Source: a virus
Virus record (IMG/VR): IMGVR_UViG_3300028920_000047
Location: 42,582-106,581 of that record
Reading direction: 5' to 3' (one strand)
Length of the DNA: 64,000 nt
The notes beneath the pieces were generated by a model. That model made no database searches, was not told the origin of the DNA, and saw only the letters and a program-made list of their open reading frames with translations. Shown in pieces: positions 18,566 through 28,201 of the stretch; the stretch's first letter is position 1, and each line of letters starts with the position of its first letter. The position numbers and the translations under genes are program-made.

Positions 18566-21500
18566 ATGAAATTTATTATTAGCTCAGACCACCATCACCA
18601 TAATTGGCGCCAATACGCTAAATATGTAAATGGTTATAATACAAGATTATTGGATAGTAAAAAAGCCCTGGAAATACTTTTTGAGGAAGCTTATAAAAGA
18701 AATATAAAATATCATTTATTCGGTGGAGATTTATTTGAAACCTTTGGACAGGTTAAGAACGATGTAAAAAATACTATATTTGAAGTATTCGAAAAATCAG
18801 GTATAACTACTATTGCAATACCCGGTCAACATGATTATCAAAATAAATATACAATGCAGAAAAAAGATATAGCATTTTTAAAGTTTACTAAGCTGCAAAA
18901 TTTCGTTTTACTGGATGATAACTGTTATTGTATAGTGAACTCTATAAATAAGCAAAAAAACAGTATAATAAGCAAATATAAAGGTTTTACCATAAGTATT
19001 TATGGATTGGGTTATAGACCAGTTATAAAATTTAATAGACTAATGCAAAATTTAACTACAAAATTTGATATTGGTTTATTTCATCAAACAGTAATTGGTT
19101 CTAATAGTGGACAAATCACTTTTACCAGGGGTATAGATAAAGAAGCTTTTAATAGGTTTAAATTAGCAATAATAGGAGATATTCATAAACCACAGAGGTT
19201 AAAGCCTAACATATTGGTTCCAGGTTCATTATTACAGCAATCATTTCAAGATATTGGTAAACGTGGTTTTTGGATTTTAAATTTTAATCCCAATATTAAA
19301 AAATATAAGTTAGCTTTTAATGAATTAAAAATTAGAAAATTTATTAAGGTCTCTTCGCCTGCAGAAATAAATGAAGATTCAGATAATTATTATTGGGTTG
19401 CCGGTGCGGGTAAAAAATTGAAAAATAAAGTAGCAAAGTTAAAAAATAAAACCAATATAAAAGTTGTACCGTTACCTGATACTAAAAAGCACAGGGAATT
19501 TAGTATTGAGGATAAAACTAATATAGAAACTATTATGAAAAACTACATCGATATTGAAGAAAAATTAAAGACGTTCTATTTAGTTACTTATAAGAACCAA
19601 AAGAAAGAGGACCGTGAAACACAAATAATTTTTTCCAGAACAGCAATTAAAGAATTTAAAGAGAAGCATCCAAATTTTACTAATGTGAAATTTAAAAAAC
19701 AAAATCTATTTAAAATAGATAAAAAGAGATTAATTGAGTTTGCTAAAAAATATGTACCGAGAACAATAAGTAGAATTTTAAATATTAGTGACTATAGATT
19801 ACAAAAAATAATTATAAATAATTTTGGGCCTTTCCAAGGTAGACATAGTTTTAAATTACAAAATAATATATACACCTTTTCCGGTAAAGTGGGAGCAGGA
19901 AAAACCAGCTTTATAGGAGAAGCTGTTGAATGGTGTTTATTTGACTGTACCTCAAAAGATATATCTGTGAAAGAGATTATTAATAAGTTTGCTAAAAAAG
20001 ATGGTTGGGTAAAACTTGTTCTCGAAAATAACAGGGGCAAATCATTAAAAATAAAACGTGGCCGGCAAACAAATGGTCAAACGAAGTTATTAAAAATATG
20101 GTCGAATAATAAGGAAATAATGCCAGGGCAGGATACAGATGATTTAAATAGTAAGTTAGGTGATTTAATTGGTGTACCTCATTATATATATAAAATAATG
20201 AATTATTTTTCCCAGGAGAACAATTCGTTTTTTAGTTCTGCTAAAGATAAGCAGCAAAAGGAAATTTGCACTTTATTACTTGGTCTGGAAATATGGGATA
20301 AAAGTTATGAAAAATTAAATAGAGAATATAAGGGGATAAGCGACAAGATTGAAAGTTATAAACAACAATTAACCGATATAAAATCCAGAATAGAAGAGAA
20401 TACAAAACTTTTAAATTTGGAACAAACAAACTATGATAAATTTGAAAAAGGCCGGGCTGTTCAAGTATCTGATTATGAAGCACAAATAAAAAAAATTGAA
20501 ATAGATAAAAAACATTATTTACAAAAAGACAAACAATTACAGGCTGAAATTGCTAAACTTAGAAATAAAATTAAACCTCTACATATAGAAAAAGTTAAAG
20601 CTAATATCCAATTTACTGAAAAAGGAATTAAGACCTTAAATGAGAAGATTGAGGAGTTACAAAGTTTTATAGAGAAAAATAAAAATATAAAACAGAAGAT
20701 ACAAACTGTTAAAAAACAACAAGCGGAAAATGAAAAAGAGAATGAGATAAAAAATAAAAAAATAAAACTTATTGAAGAACAAATAACCAAGTTAAATATT
20801 AAAGTTGATTTATTAGTAGAAACCCGGAATAAGCAAAATCAGATTTTAATTGATGTAGAAAAAAATAAAAATAAACCTTTGTGCGAATATTGTGGAGCTA
20901 AATTAACTAAGGTTAATATTCAAAAACATATTACCAAAATTAAAAAAGAGTTGAAAACTAACAAAAACAGCCAGGATAAAATAATCTGGCAGAAGCAAAC
21001 CCTACAAAAACAAATTGAAAAAATTGAAGACTCTAAAAAGGAAATTGATTTTGATATTGAATCAAATATTAAAGCTTTAGAAAACAGGTTAGAAAAAAAA
21101 TTAGAGAAGGAAAAGGAAATCAAAAAACTAAAAAATTGTAAAAAAGAACAATCTGAAAAACAATTAAATTTATTAAATATATTAACAGAAGAAGAGGAGA
21201 AGAGGGTTAATAATGAAAAAGTAGAAGAAAAAGTCGACACGCTGCAAAAAAAATTGTATAAAGTTGAAGCTCAAATAGAGATTCAAGATGTGGACCACGA
21301 GGAACTTAAAAATACATTGAATGATTGTATTAAATCAGAAAATCCACATTATAATACTATAGATAATTTAAATAAAAAAATAAAACAATTTGAAAAACAG
21401 CAGGATGATTTTTTAACCTGGTTAGGTGATATATATGAAAAGGATATAATTTATAAATTTTGGTTAAAAGGATTTTCAGACCAGGGTATAAAAAGTTATT

Positions 21501-21976
21501 TACTTGACGAATTTGCCGAGAAGTTTAATGGTTTAATGAACCCATATTTAATAAGGATATCAGAGGGTGAATTAACTTCCAAACTTGATACTCAAAAACA
21601 ATTAGCTAATGGAGAATTGCGTGAAAAATTTGATTTTGAATTTTACCGTAACGGTTTACCTCATACCTATAAAAATTTATCCGGTGGACAAAAAGATGAG
21701 GTCAATGTAAGCTCTATGATGGCGTTATTAAAAATATGTAAGGAGAAATTTAAGCTGCAATCCATACCTTTGGGTTATATTGTCCTTGATGAAATGTTTA
21801 AATTTTTTGATACGGATAAAATTAGAGCTACTGTAGAATTATTAAAAGAGGAATTAGACGATACCTTTGTTGGTATTATTTGTCATAACGATGAGGTAAA
21901 AAATGTTATAGATAATGATATACAAGTTGAATATGATTTTGATAAAAATACTTCATATTTAATTAAAGAGGGTTAA
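18566..21976 (+). CDS. Fused Mre11/SbcD nuclease and Rad50/SbcC ATPase
   Basis: N-terminal metallophosphoesterase motifs SDHH, GGDLFE, PGQHD, FHQ, GDIHKPQ, PGS; then GKVGAGKTS, coiled coil with CEYC hook, LSGGQ, IVLDE, ICHN. Confidence 0.9.
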   Translation: MKFIISSDHHHHNWRQYAKYVNGYNTRLLDSKKALEILFEEAYKRNIKYHLFGGDLFETFGQVKNDVKNTIFEVFEKSGITTIAIPGQHDYQNKYTMQKKDIAFLKFTKLQNFVLLDDNCYCIVNSINKQKNSIISKYKGFTISIYGLGYRPVIKFNRLMQNLTTKFDIGLFHQTVIGSNSGQITFTRGIDKEAFNRFKLAIIGDIHKPQRLKPNILVPGSLLQQSFQDIGKRGFWILNFNPNIKKYKLAFNELKIRKFIKVSSPAEINEDSDNYYWVAGAGKKLKNKVAKLKNKTNIKVVPLPDTKKHREFSIEDKTNIETIMKNYIDIEEKLKTFYLVTYKNQKKEDRETQIIFSRTAIKEFKEKHPNFTNVKFKKQNLFKIDKKRLIEFAKKYVPRTISRILNISDYRLQKIIINNFGPFQGRHSFKLQNNIYTFSGKVGAGKTSFIGEAVEWCLFDCTSKDISVKEIINKFAKKDGWVKLVLENNRGKSLKIKRGRQTNGQTKLLKIWSNNKEIMPGQDTDDLNSKLGDLIGVPHYIYKIMNYFSQENNSFFSSAKDKQQKEICTLLLGLEIWDKSYEKLNREYKGISDKIESYKQQLTDIKSRIEENTKLLNLEQTNYDKFEKGRAVQVSDYEAQIKKIEIDKKHYLQKDKQLQAEIAKLRNKIKPLHIEKVKANIQFTEKGIKTLNEKIEELQSFIEKNKNIKQKIQTVKKQQAENEKENEIKNKKIKLIEEQITKLNIKVDLLVETRNKQNQILIDVEKNKNKPLCEYCGAKLTKVNIQKHITKIKKELKTNKNSQDKIIWQKQTLQKQIEKIEDSKKEIDFDIESNIKALENRLEKKLEKEKEIKKLKNCKKEQSEKQLNLLNILTEEEEKRVNNEKVEEKVDTLQKKLYKVEAQIEIQDVDHEELKNTLNDCIKSENPHYNTIDNLNKKIKQFEKQQDDFLTWLGDIYEKDIIYKFWLKGFSDQGIKSYLLDEFAEKFNGLMNPYLIRISEGELTSKLDTQKQLANGELREKFDFEFYRNGLPHTYKNLSGGQKDEVNVSSMMALLKICKEKFKLQSIPLGYIVLDEMFKFFDTDKIRATVELLKEELDDTFVGIICHNDEVKNVIDNDIQVEYDFDKNTSYLIKEG

Positions 21977-21978
21977 AA

Positions 21979-22299
21979 ATGAGTTATAACGGATGTATAA
22001 TAGCCATTGGTAAATTTAATCATAATATAAAATATGATTTAGAATATCCAGATGAATATTATAACAATACAAAAAAGGGAACAACTGTTTTAACTCATTT
22101 ATGTTATTGTGAAACATCTTCTAAAACGGAGGAACTCGCTAATGCTATAAATTGTGAGATATTAAATTTTAATACTCACGAATTGAATCCTAATGACTTT
22201 AACTATGATATACTTGATGATTTATTTCCTGACGATATTAGTAGACTGGTTAAATTAGTAAAAAATAATTTCAAATTTTATTTTATGCCAGACGGGTGA
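21979..22299 (+). CDS. Hypothetical protein
   Basis: ORF with GAGGG RBS in operon. Confidence 0.6.
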   Translation: MSYNGCIIAIGKFNHNIKYDLEYPDEYYNNTKKGTTVLTHLCYCETSSKTEELANAINCEILNFNTHELNPNDFNYDILDDLFPDDISRLVKLVKNNFKFYFMPDG

Positions 22300-22303
22300 A
22301 AAA

Positions 22304-22669
22304 ATGAATTTAGGTATTGTAGGTAGCAGAAACCGAAATACAGATAAAGATAAACTTATTATTCGGCATCAAATCCATTTGTTAAAACCTGACAAAATTA
22401 TATCCGGCGGGTGTAGCCAAGGTGCTGATAAATTTGCGGAAGAATTAGCCGAAGAGTTAGGCATTCCTATAAAAATATTTTATCCCGAGTTAATCGGGTG
22501 TAAAAAGTATTATGATTATATAAGAGCGTATTATTCAAGAAATAAAAAAGTAGCCAATGCTTCAGATAAATTATTAGCATTAGTGACTAAAGATAGAAAA
22601 GGTGGAACAGAGAATACAATTCGACATTTTCTTGTTAATCATTCTGATGAGGATTTGATTTTGAAATAA
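22304..22669 (+). CDS. SLOG/DprA-Rossmann (YspA-like) nucleotide-binding protein
   Basis: IVGSR, IISGG..GAD..AE, RN..VA..SD, GGT..TI. Confidence 0.75.
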   Translation: MNLGIVGSRNRNTDKDKLIIRHQIHLLKPDKIISGGCSQGADKFAEELAEELGIPIKIFYPELIGCKKYYDYIRAYYSRNKKVANASDKLLALVTKDRKGGTENTIRHFLVNHSDEDLILK

Positions 22670-22685
22670 AAGGAGAAATAACAAA

Positions 22686-23180
22686 ATGAAGGCGGAAAAT
22701 AATCTTGTTTTTCTAAATATTTTTAATTATTTGTTAAGATTAGGAATTAAAAATATCTTAATAGCAAATCAGAGAATTATCGAATATCTGGATGTAGCTA
22801 TTACTACAGGTACTCAAGGGTTTAAGGATTTTCAAGAAATAATTAATGTTTTACAGAATGTGGCTGATGATGAAATTGCGTTTATACATGACATAAAAAT
22901 TAATCCCGATTATAATGAAGCCTACGATTTTTTCCCTTCTCCAAATTATAATGAAGCCTACGATTTTTTCCCTTCTCCAAAAAATAAATTACTTATGACC
23001 TGGGGAAGAAAAAAATATCCTTTGGATTGGTTTGATGAGGAAAAAGAAAAAATTAAATTTATTTTAAATATGATGATACCATATAAAGGAAAAGATTCTG
23101 TAAATTTAAAAATTGGTGATACTAATATACTAATAAATCAAAATAAATTGGATAAAATAATTACAATACTAAATGAGTAA
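22686..23180 (+). CDS. Hypothetical protein containing a 12-aa tandem duplication
   Basis: AAGGAG RBS; YNEAYDFFPSP twice. Confidence 0.6.
   Translation: MKAENNLVFLNIFNYLLRLGIKNILIANQRIIEYLDVAITTGTQGFKDFQEIINVLQNVADDEIAFIHDIKINPDYNEAYDFFPSPNYNEAYDFFPSPKNKLLMTWGRKKYPLDWFDEEKEKIKFILNMMIPYKGKDSVNLKIGDTNILINQNKLDKIITILNE
22909..22980 (+). repeat. Perfect 36-bp tandem duplication
   Basis: ATTATAATGAAGCCTACGATTTTTTCCCTTCTCCAA x2. Confidence 0.9.
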
Positions 23181-23194
23181 GGGAGGTTTAAAAG

Positions 23195-23506
23195 ATGGAA
23201 TACTATCAGCAAGGTGATGTATTAATTAAAAAAATTAACAAATTACCAGATAACGCGTTTCAAATTAAAACAAATGTTTTAGTAACTGGTGAATTAACAG
23301 GGCATGCTCATAGAGTGGATAACCGTGGCAAAGTATTTAAACATGGTAATAGAATCTTACCATTTTTGGTGAACGATACTGATTACGAAATCGAAATAAT
23401 CCACGAAGAACATCATACTATAAAAATTCCTCCAGGTATATTTAAAATAGACAAGGTAAAGGAATATGACCATTTTGTCGAGGAAGTTAGACAGGTACGG
23501 GATTAA
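23195..23506 (+). CDS. Conserved His-rich phage protein, partner of DUF6745-like gene
   Basis: YQQGDV..GELTGHAH..HEEH..IPPG..EYD pattern. Confidence 0.7.
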   Translation: MEYYQQGDVLIKKINKLPDNAFQIKTNVLVTGELTGHAHRVDNRGKVFKHGNRILPFLVNDTDYEIEIIHEEHHTIKIPPGIFKIDKVKEYDHFVEEVRQVRD

Positions 23507-23507
23507 T

Positions 23508-24590
23508 ATGATTGAAAATGTTCAGAGATTATTTGGTAAAGAATTTACTCATAGTTGGCTACGGGATACTACTGCGAATAATGAAAAAGTTGTTAAACAT
23601 CATTTAGAAACCGCTTTTGATAAAGAGTGTGTAGTGTGTAAAAGTCAAGTAACAGCTATGAATTATATGTATAAAAATTTACTTGAGCAGGCGAATAAAG
23701 AGTATGATAAAATAAAACAAACAATTCATAATCAAGTTAGTAATATCGTCAAAAACGAAATGATAAACCTGGGTGATTTTAATTATTTTACAGCCCACGC
23801 AGCAAATAAAGATGGTAAAGATTGGGTAGAAATCATAACGTTCCGGGAATTGATACCATTTCGACGCCGTCCGCCTGGTGGAATATTTTATATGGATATG
23901 GCTTATGGTGCTGGTAAATCAAATTTTTCGGCCAATGCAGACTTCGATATACCCCGCCGCCACGCGCTCAACCCGTTCGCCGCCTATCTGCCAAACCAAA
24001 GTCTCGAAAATACTATAAAAGAAGTAACAAATAAAATTTTTAATCAAAATATAAAAAAGCTATATCAAATTTATAGTCATATATTTAAACAATTAATTAT
24101 AAATGGATTATTTTCATTATGGTTGACATCTGATAAAGTTGTTGCTGTACTTAAACCACAAATGTATTTTAATAACCAGGAACAACTACATTACAATGGA
24201 GATGGGGCTGTTGTTTGGGAGGATGGTAGTAAATATTATTTTCTAAATGGTATTAATGTGCCAGAGGAAATAGCTATTACTCCTCATAGATTATTGAATC
24301 CAAAATTATTATTAACTGAAACAAATGCTGAGATAAGAAGAGAAATAGTTAGAAAAATAGGTATAGAAAGAGTTTGCGATGAGTTAAACGCTTATACAAA
24401 GGATACCTATGGAGATTATGAATTATTATTATTGGATATTGGTGATAGACGACAACGGCCTTATCTAAAAATGAAAAATCCAAGTTTAGGAGTATATGTA
24501 ATAGAAGGAGTTCATCCACAATGTAATACCGTTTTACAAGCATTAGCTTGGCGAAACGGTGAGGTGGATTTACCGCAGGTACTAACATGA
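23508..24590 (+). CDS. DUF6745-like protein
   Basis: C-terminal LH..GAVVWEDG..YFLNGINVP..NAEIRR..IG.ER..YLKMKNPS..V.P..ALAW; start reassigned to ATG 23508. Confidence 0.65.
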   Translation: MIENVQRLFGKEFTHSWLRDTTANNEKVVKHHLETAFDKECVVCKSQVTAMNYMYKNLLEQANKEYDKIKQTIHNQVSNIVKNEMINLGDFNYFTAHAANKDGKDWVEIITFRELIPFRRRPPGGIFYMDMAYGAGKSNFSANADFDIPRRHALNPFAAYLPNQSLENTIKEVTNKIFNQNIKKLYQIYSHIFKQLIINGLFSLWLTSDKVVAVLKPQMYFNNQEQLHYNGDGAVVWEDGSKYYFLNGINVPEEIAITPHRLLNPKLLLTETNAEIRREIVRKIGIERVCDELNAYTKDTYGDYELLLLDIGDRRQRPYLKMKNPSLGVYVIEGVHPQCNTVLQALAWRNGEVDLPQVLT

Positions 24591-25324
24591 TTTATAAAAG
24601 TAAAAAAAATAATTTTTTAAAAATAATGAGTATGGATTTATCGTTAACGGGTTCCGCTATTTTTACCGGTTATTTAAATATGGATAATTCAATTATTCAA
24701 GAGCTTAAAGCGCTTGTGTATTATGATAATAAAAAATGGTTTAAAAATAAAAAGCAGAATCTAAACATAAAGTCCATATATTATAAAGTCAAAAGCCCTG
24801 TTACTTATAACAAAAAATTACAGAGATTAAAAATATTATATACCGAAATAACCAGCTTCATAAAACAGTGTAATCCGGATTATATAGCTTTGGAGGGTTA
24901 TGCTTACGCTGCTAAAGGTGCTGTGATAGATATTGCTGAATTTATAGGTTCTATAAAAAATTATATATATTCTCACAAATATAAACTAAGAATATATCAG
25001 CCCCAGGAACCAAAAATGTTTATAACTGATAAAGGTAATGCAGATAAAGAACAAATGTTAAATATGGTAAAAGAAAAGTTTGGTATTGATTTTTCTAAAT
25101 TTGGAATTGAAGTAAAAAAGAAAACATTTTCTGGTCCCGGTTTTGATTTAACAGATGCTTATAGTATATTACAATTATTAAAAACAGAATTATTGTTAAG
25201 ATATGGTAAACTCGATAAAGACCAATTAACCTTAAAACAAATAGAGGTATTTAATAGAGTAACAAAAAAGAAGAAAGTAAATTTATTAGTGGAACAATTT
25301 ATTTATGAAAAAGAAGAAGATTGA
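24587..25324 (+). CDS. RuvC-like Holliday junction resolvase
   Basis: MDLSLTGS, IALEGYAY, P..KMFITDKGNADKEQM, DLTDAY. Confidence 0.8.
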   Translation: MIYKSKKNNFLKIMSMDLSLTGSAIFTGYLNMDNSIIQELKALVYYDNKKWFKNKKQNLNIKSIYYKVKSPVTYNKKLQRLKILYTEITSFIKQCNPDYIALEGYAYAAKGAVIDIAEFIGSIKNYIYSHKYKLRIYQPQEPKMFITDKGNADKEQMLNMVKEKFGIDFSKFGIEVKKKTFSGPGFDLTDAYSILQLLKTELLLRYGKLDKDQLTLKQIEVFNRVTKKKKVNLLVEQFIYEKEED

Positions 25325-25943
25325 ACATTTTGCAAAAAAAGCGAATGTAACAGATGGTGATATTTTGATAAATTTTATACATGAGTATAATAAAAATAAT
25401 TTAAAGAAATCGTTTGAAATATTATTTCCATATCTTAAACAAAATATAAATATTAGAATAACCAGATTATTTGATTATAGCCGTGAATATTTATCTAAAG
25501 AGGACCGAGAAGATATTACTTATAACATTTTATTACATTTTTATGAAATGATATTAAATAAAAAAATTAACACTACTAATTATAAAACATTATTTCCATT
25601 TTTAAAGAAAACTATTCATGGTAAAATTTTAAATGAATTTAAAAAGTTATATTCAATAGATGGAAACAAGATAATATATTTATCACCTGAAAAATTTAGT
25701 GCAAAATATAATAATCTTACCTATAATGATAATCTGACTAAGTGGATAATTTTAAAAATTGATTTTGAAGATATAAAATGTAAACACAAAAGCAGTATAA
25801 AGAAAATTTTTAAATTTTTACATAGTGTTGGTAATGAAAAAATATCAATAGAAAGACGGAGAAGAATATATCGAGCCATACGTAAAAAAATTGTTGATAA
25901 TTATTTTAAAAAAGGTATAATAAAGGAGGTTCATTTTTTTTGA
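25305..25943 (+). CDS. Possible sigma-factor-like protein
   Basis: Weak region-2-like pattern (EDREDI..F..FL..TI..ILNEFKK). Confidence 0.35.
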   Translation: MKKKKIEHFAKKANVTDGDILINFIHEYNKNNLKKSFEILFPYLKQNINIRITRLFDYSREYLSKEDREDITYNILLHFYEMILNKKINTTNYKTLFPFLKKTIHGKILNEFKKLYSIDGNKIIYLSPEKFSAKYNNLTYNDNLTKWIILKIDFEDIKCKHKSSIKKIFKFLHSVGNEKISIERRRRIYRAIRKKIVDNYFKKGIIKEVHFF

Positions 25944-26323
25944 AAATAGATTATTTTGAAATGGTAGTATTATGTTTTTATTTTTATAAAAAACGATATA
26001 AAATATTATTTGATATATATCTGGTTTTAGGTGAACAAAATACTTTAAATTTTATAGAAAATTTTGCAGGAGAAACTATAAATATACCATCAATAAAAAA
26101 AATTAAAAATGTTATTCGAGATATATATATCTATAACCAAATAAAGAATACTAAAAAGAGAATCGGTAAAAAAAGTTGTAAATGGGATAAAACAATTTGT
26201 GAAAGTTTAATGAATAGATTTAATATAAGTTTACATAATTTACGTATGGTTTATTATAAAATAAAAAAAATTGAACAAAAGTTTCAAAAAAATTATGAAA
26301 TTAAAAAAGCAGACAACTTATAA
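25940..26323 (+). CDS. Mor-like transcriptional regulator (putative)
   Basis: LG..F.ENFAGETINIPS..RD..IY..HTH-like tail. Confidence 0.5.
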   Translation: MKIDYFEMVVLCFYFYKKRYKILFDIYLVLGEQNTLNFIENFAGETINIPSIKKIKNVIRDIYIYNQIKNTKKRIGKKSCKWDKTICESLMNRFNISLHNLRMVYYKIKKIEQKFQKNYEIKKADNL

Positions 26324-26876
26324 AATTTTTTGTAAAAAAAATATTATAATAAATTCTAAAACATTAGATAAAATTAACGATTTAAATCAAAATGAAATAG
26401 TTATAAGCCCTAACCTTGAAAAATTTTTAAACAGTCAAGCGATGATAACCGCCAAAGTTGAAAATGTATTAAAAAGGGAATTAGATAAAATTGATGTTGA
26501 TAAAGAAATAATATTAAGATTACTATTAAGAAAAAGAATTAATGATTTAACCAAACTTTTAAAAGTGAATAGTAAATTTGTAAAAGAGCTGGAAAATATT
26601 GATTTAGTAAATATATCAGAATATAAATTATTAGAATTATTAAAAATTACTTCCAGTGAAATAAATGTAGCAAAAAATGATTTGACTCAAATAGAACTAA
26701 AACCTATAAATCTTAAAAAGAAATTAACCGAGGAGGAAGAGCATCTTTCACTGAAAAAAGAAGAAAATGAACTATACTTGAATTTACCTAAATCATCACG
26801 TATTAAACTTATGATGATTATCGAATCAATGGGTAATAATCCAAAATTAGTTAATGAAATTATTGCTGAAAAATAG
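26295..26876 (+). CDS. Hypothetical helical protein
   Basis: ORF in operon. Confidence 0.55.
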   Translation: MKLKKQTTYKIFCKKNIIINSKTLDKINDLNQNEIVISPNLEKFLNSQAMITAKVENVLKRELDKIDVDKEIILRLLLRKRINDLTKLLKVNSKFVKELENIDLVNISEYKLLELLKITSSEINVAKNDLTQIELKPINLKKKLTEEEEHLSLKKEENELYLNLPKSSRIKLMMIIESMGNNPKLVNEIIAEK

Positions 26877-26909
26877 TATTATAGTAAAATAAATAGGAGG
26901 TAGTTTATT

Positions 26910-27623
26910 ATGAAAATAAACCGAGAAGTATTTTTAAAATATCTTAATAGTATCTTTTGTGACGGATTAGTTGAAGTTGTAATATTAGAACAAAATTTAT
27001 CATTTACCCTGGAGCAGCCACCGGGTGATTCAGAAATTATTATGAGTGGAATATATCCTGGAAAAGTACAAGGTAGCCAGTTAAGTATTGGAGACTTAAA
27101 TTTATTTAGAACAATAATAAGAAAACTACAAGCAAAACAAGAAGAAATCAGTTTAATTAAAAAAGAGAATAGAATTAGTATTACTGCTCAAGAGGGTAAA
27201 TACTTATACCTTTTAGCAGATATAGATTATGCAGATAACAGAGTAAAAGGAAAGCGAAAAAAAATATTATTACAAGGTAGTACTGAAAAAGCGCCTCGGT
27301 TATTATTATCAAATGAGCAAAAACAAAACATTATAAAATCGATTGAGATTTTAAACCCTTCTGAAATAATGATAGAAACAGAACAAAATAAGCTTCTAAT
27401 CTCAATTGGTACCGAGCAGGAACATCAATGTAAAATTGAAATTAAACAAAGAAAGAAAATGCGAAAAATAGAACCACTTATTTATAATCCTCGCCATATT
27501 TCAGGTATACTTAAAAATAATGACCTGATAAAACTGAGAATACTTAAAAGTGGTGTGTTGCACATAATTGGAGATTATGTTGAATACTTTTTGGCCAGTT
27601 TAGTAGTAGATGACGAAATATAA
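26910..27623 (+). CDS. Putative sliding clamp (gp45-like)
   Basis: 237 aa; IGDLNLF..I, KYLYLLAD and C-terminal VEYFLASL resemble phage clamps; near clamp-loader gene; AGGAGG RBS. Confidence 0.55.
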   Translation: MKINREVFLKYLNSIFCDGLVEVVILEQNLSFTLEQPPGDSEIIMSGIYPGKVQGSQLSIGDLNLFRTIIRKLQAKQEEISLIKKENRISITAQEGKYLYLLADIDYADNRVKGKRKKILLQGSTEKAPRLLLSNEQKQNIIKSIEILNPSEIMIETEQNKLLISIGTEQEHQCKIEIKQRKKMRKIEPLIYNPRHISGILKNNDLIKLRILKSGVLHIIGDYVEYFLASLVVDDEI

Positions 27624-27641
27624 TGAAAGGAGGAAATAAAA

Positions 27642-27989
27642 ATGATTAAAACTATCAAAGGAAAAGATATGGTTGAGATAACTACTCAACTACAAACTTT
27701 TCTACAGGATAACGAAGTGGCTGCACGAACTGTAAAAATTGATTTTATAACATTAGATTATGGAAATATTATTTTCATAATCGAAGTTGATTATCTTGAA
27801 CTAAGTGATATACCGGAAGATATGAGACCAAACCCAAATCAACTTGTTACCTTAATCAATCAATCAAGTTTAGTGGAATTTGAAAAAGCGGTGAATCAGG
27901 CGGTAAAGCCGAATTCCATTTATGATACACTTTATGCTTTTTCACATAATACAATTTATAATTTAGCAATTATTATTGATAACGAATAA
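27642..27989 (+). CDS. Hypothetical protein
   Basis: AGGAGG RBS. Confidence 0.6.
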   Translation: MIKTIKGKDMVEITTQLQTFLQDNEVAARTVKIDFITLDYGNIIFIIEVDYLELSDIPEDMRPNPNQLVTLINQSSLVEFEKAVNQAVKPNSIYDTLYAFSHNTIYNLAIIIDNE

Positions 27990-27998
27990 TAGGTAAGG

Positions 27999-28178
27999 GC
28001 AGGTGTGGTGGAAATGGGAAAGAAGTGTTGGCGGCTGCTAATAACCTTTTCTGACACAACAACGGTTAGCGACCGTAGGCTGCTCACGGCGTAGAGTGAG
28101 GATGCGGGTTATACTTACTTGTAATAAAGAAGTAGCTAATCTAAATTATTAGTGGGTTATATTCCCGCCACCTGCCCA
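27999..28178 (+). ncRNA. Expanded tRNA-like structured RNA
   Basis: Acceptor stem GCAGGTG/CACCTGC followed by CCA; D-arm-like TGGTGGAAATGG...GACAC; T-arm GTGGG-TTATATT-CCCGC; five internal hairpins; GC-rich island in an intergenic gap. Confidence 0.65.
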
Positions 28179-28201
28179 CTTATTTAAAGGAGTAAACTAA
28201 A

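Noticed and set aside
19792-21240. Minus-strand hydrophobic ORFs opposite the Mre11-Rad50 gene, and similar antisense ORFs elsewhere
   Set aside because: Antisense shadows of Lys/Glu-rich coding sequence with no RBS or motifs
14206-26889. Shared TTATAGTAAAA upstream of the UvsY-like and clamp genes as a phage promoter
   Set aside because: Only two AT-rich matches, which is expected by chance at this composition
27999-28178. Canonical tRNA or tmRNA call
   Set aside because: No clean anticodon arm at the expected spacing and non-canonical T-loop; too short for tmRNA and lacks the G3-U70 alanine identity pair
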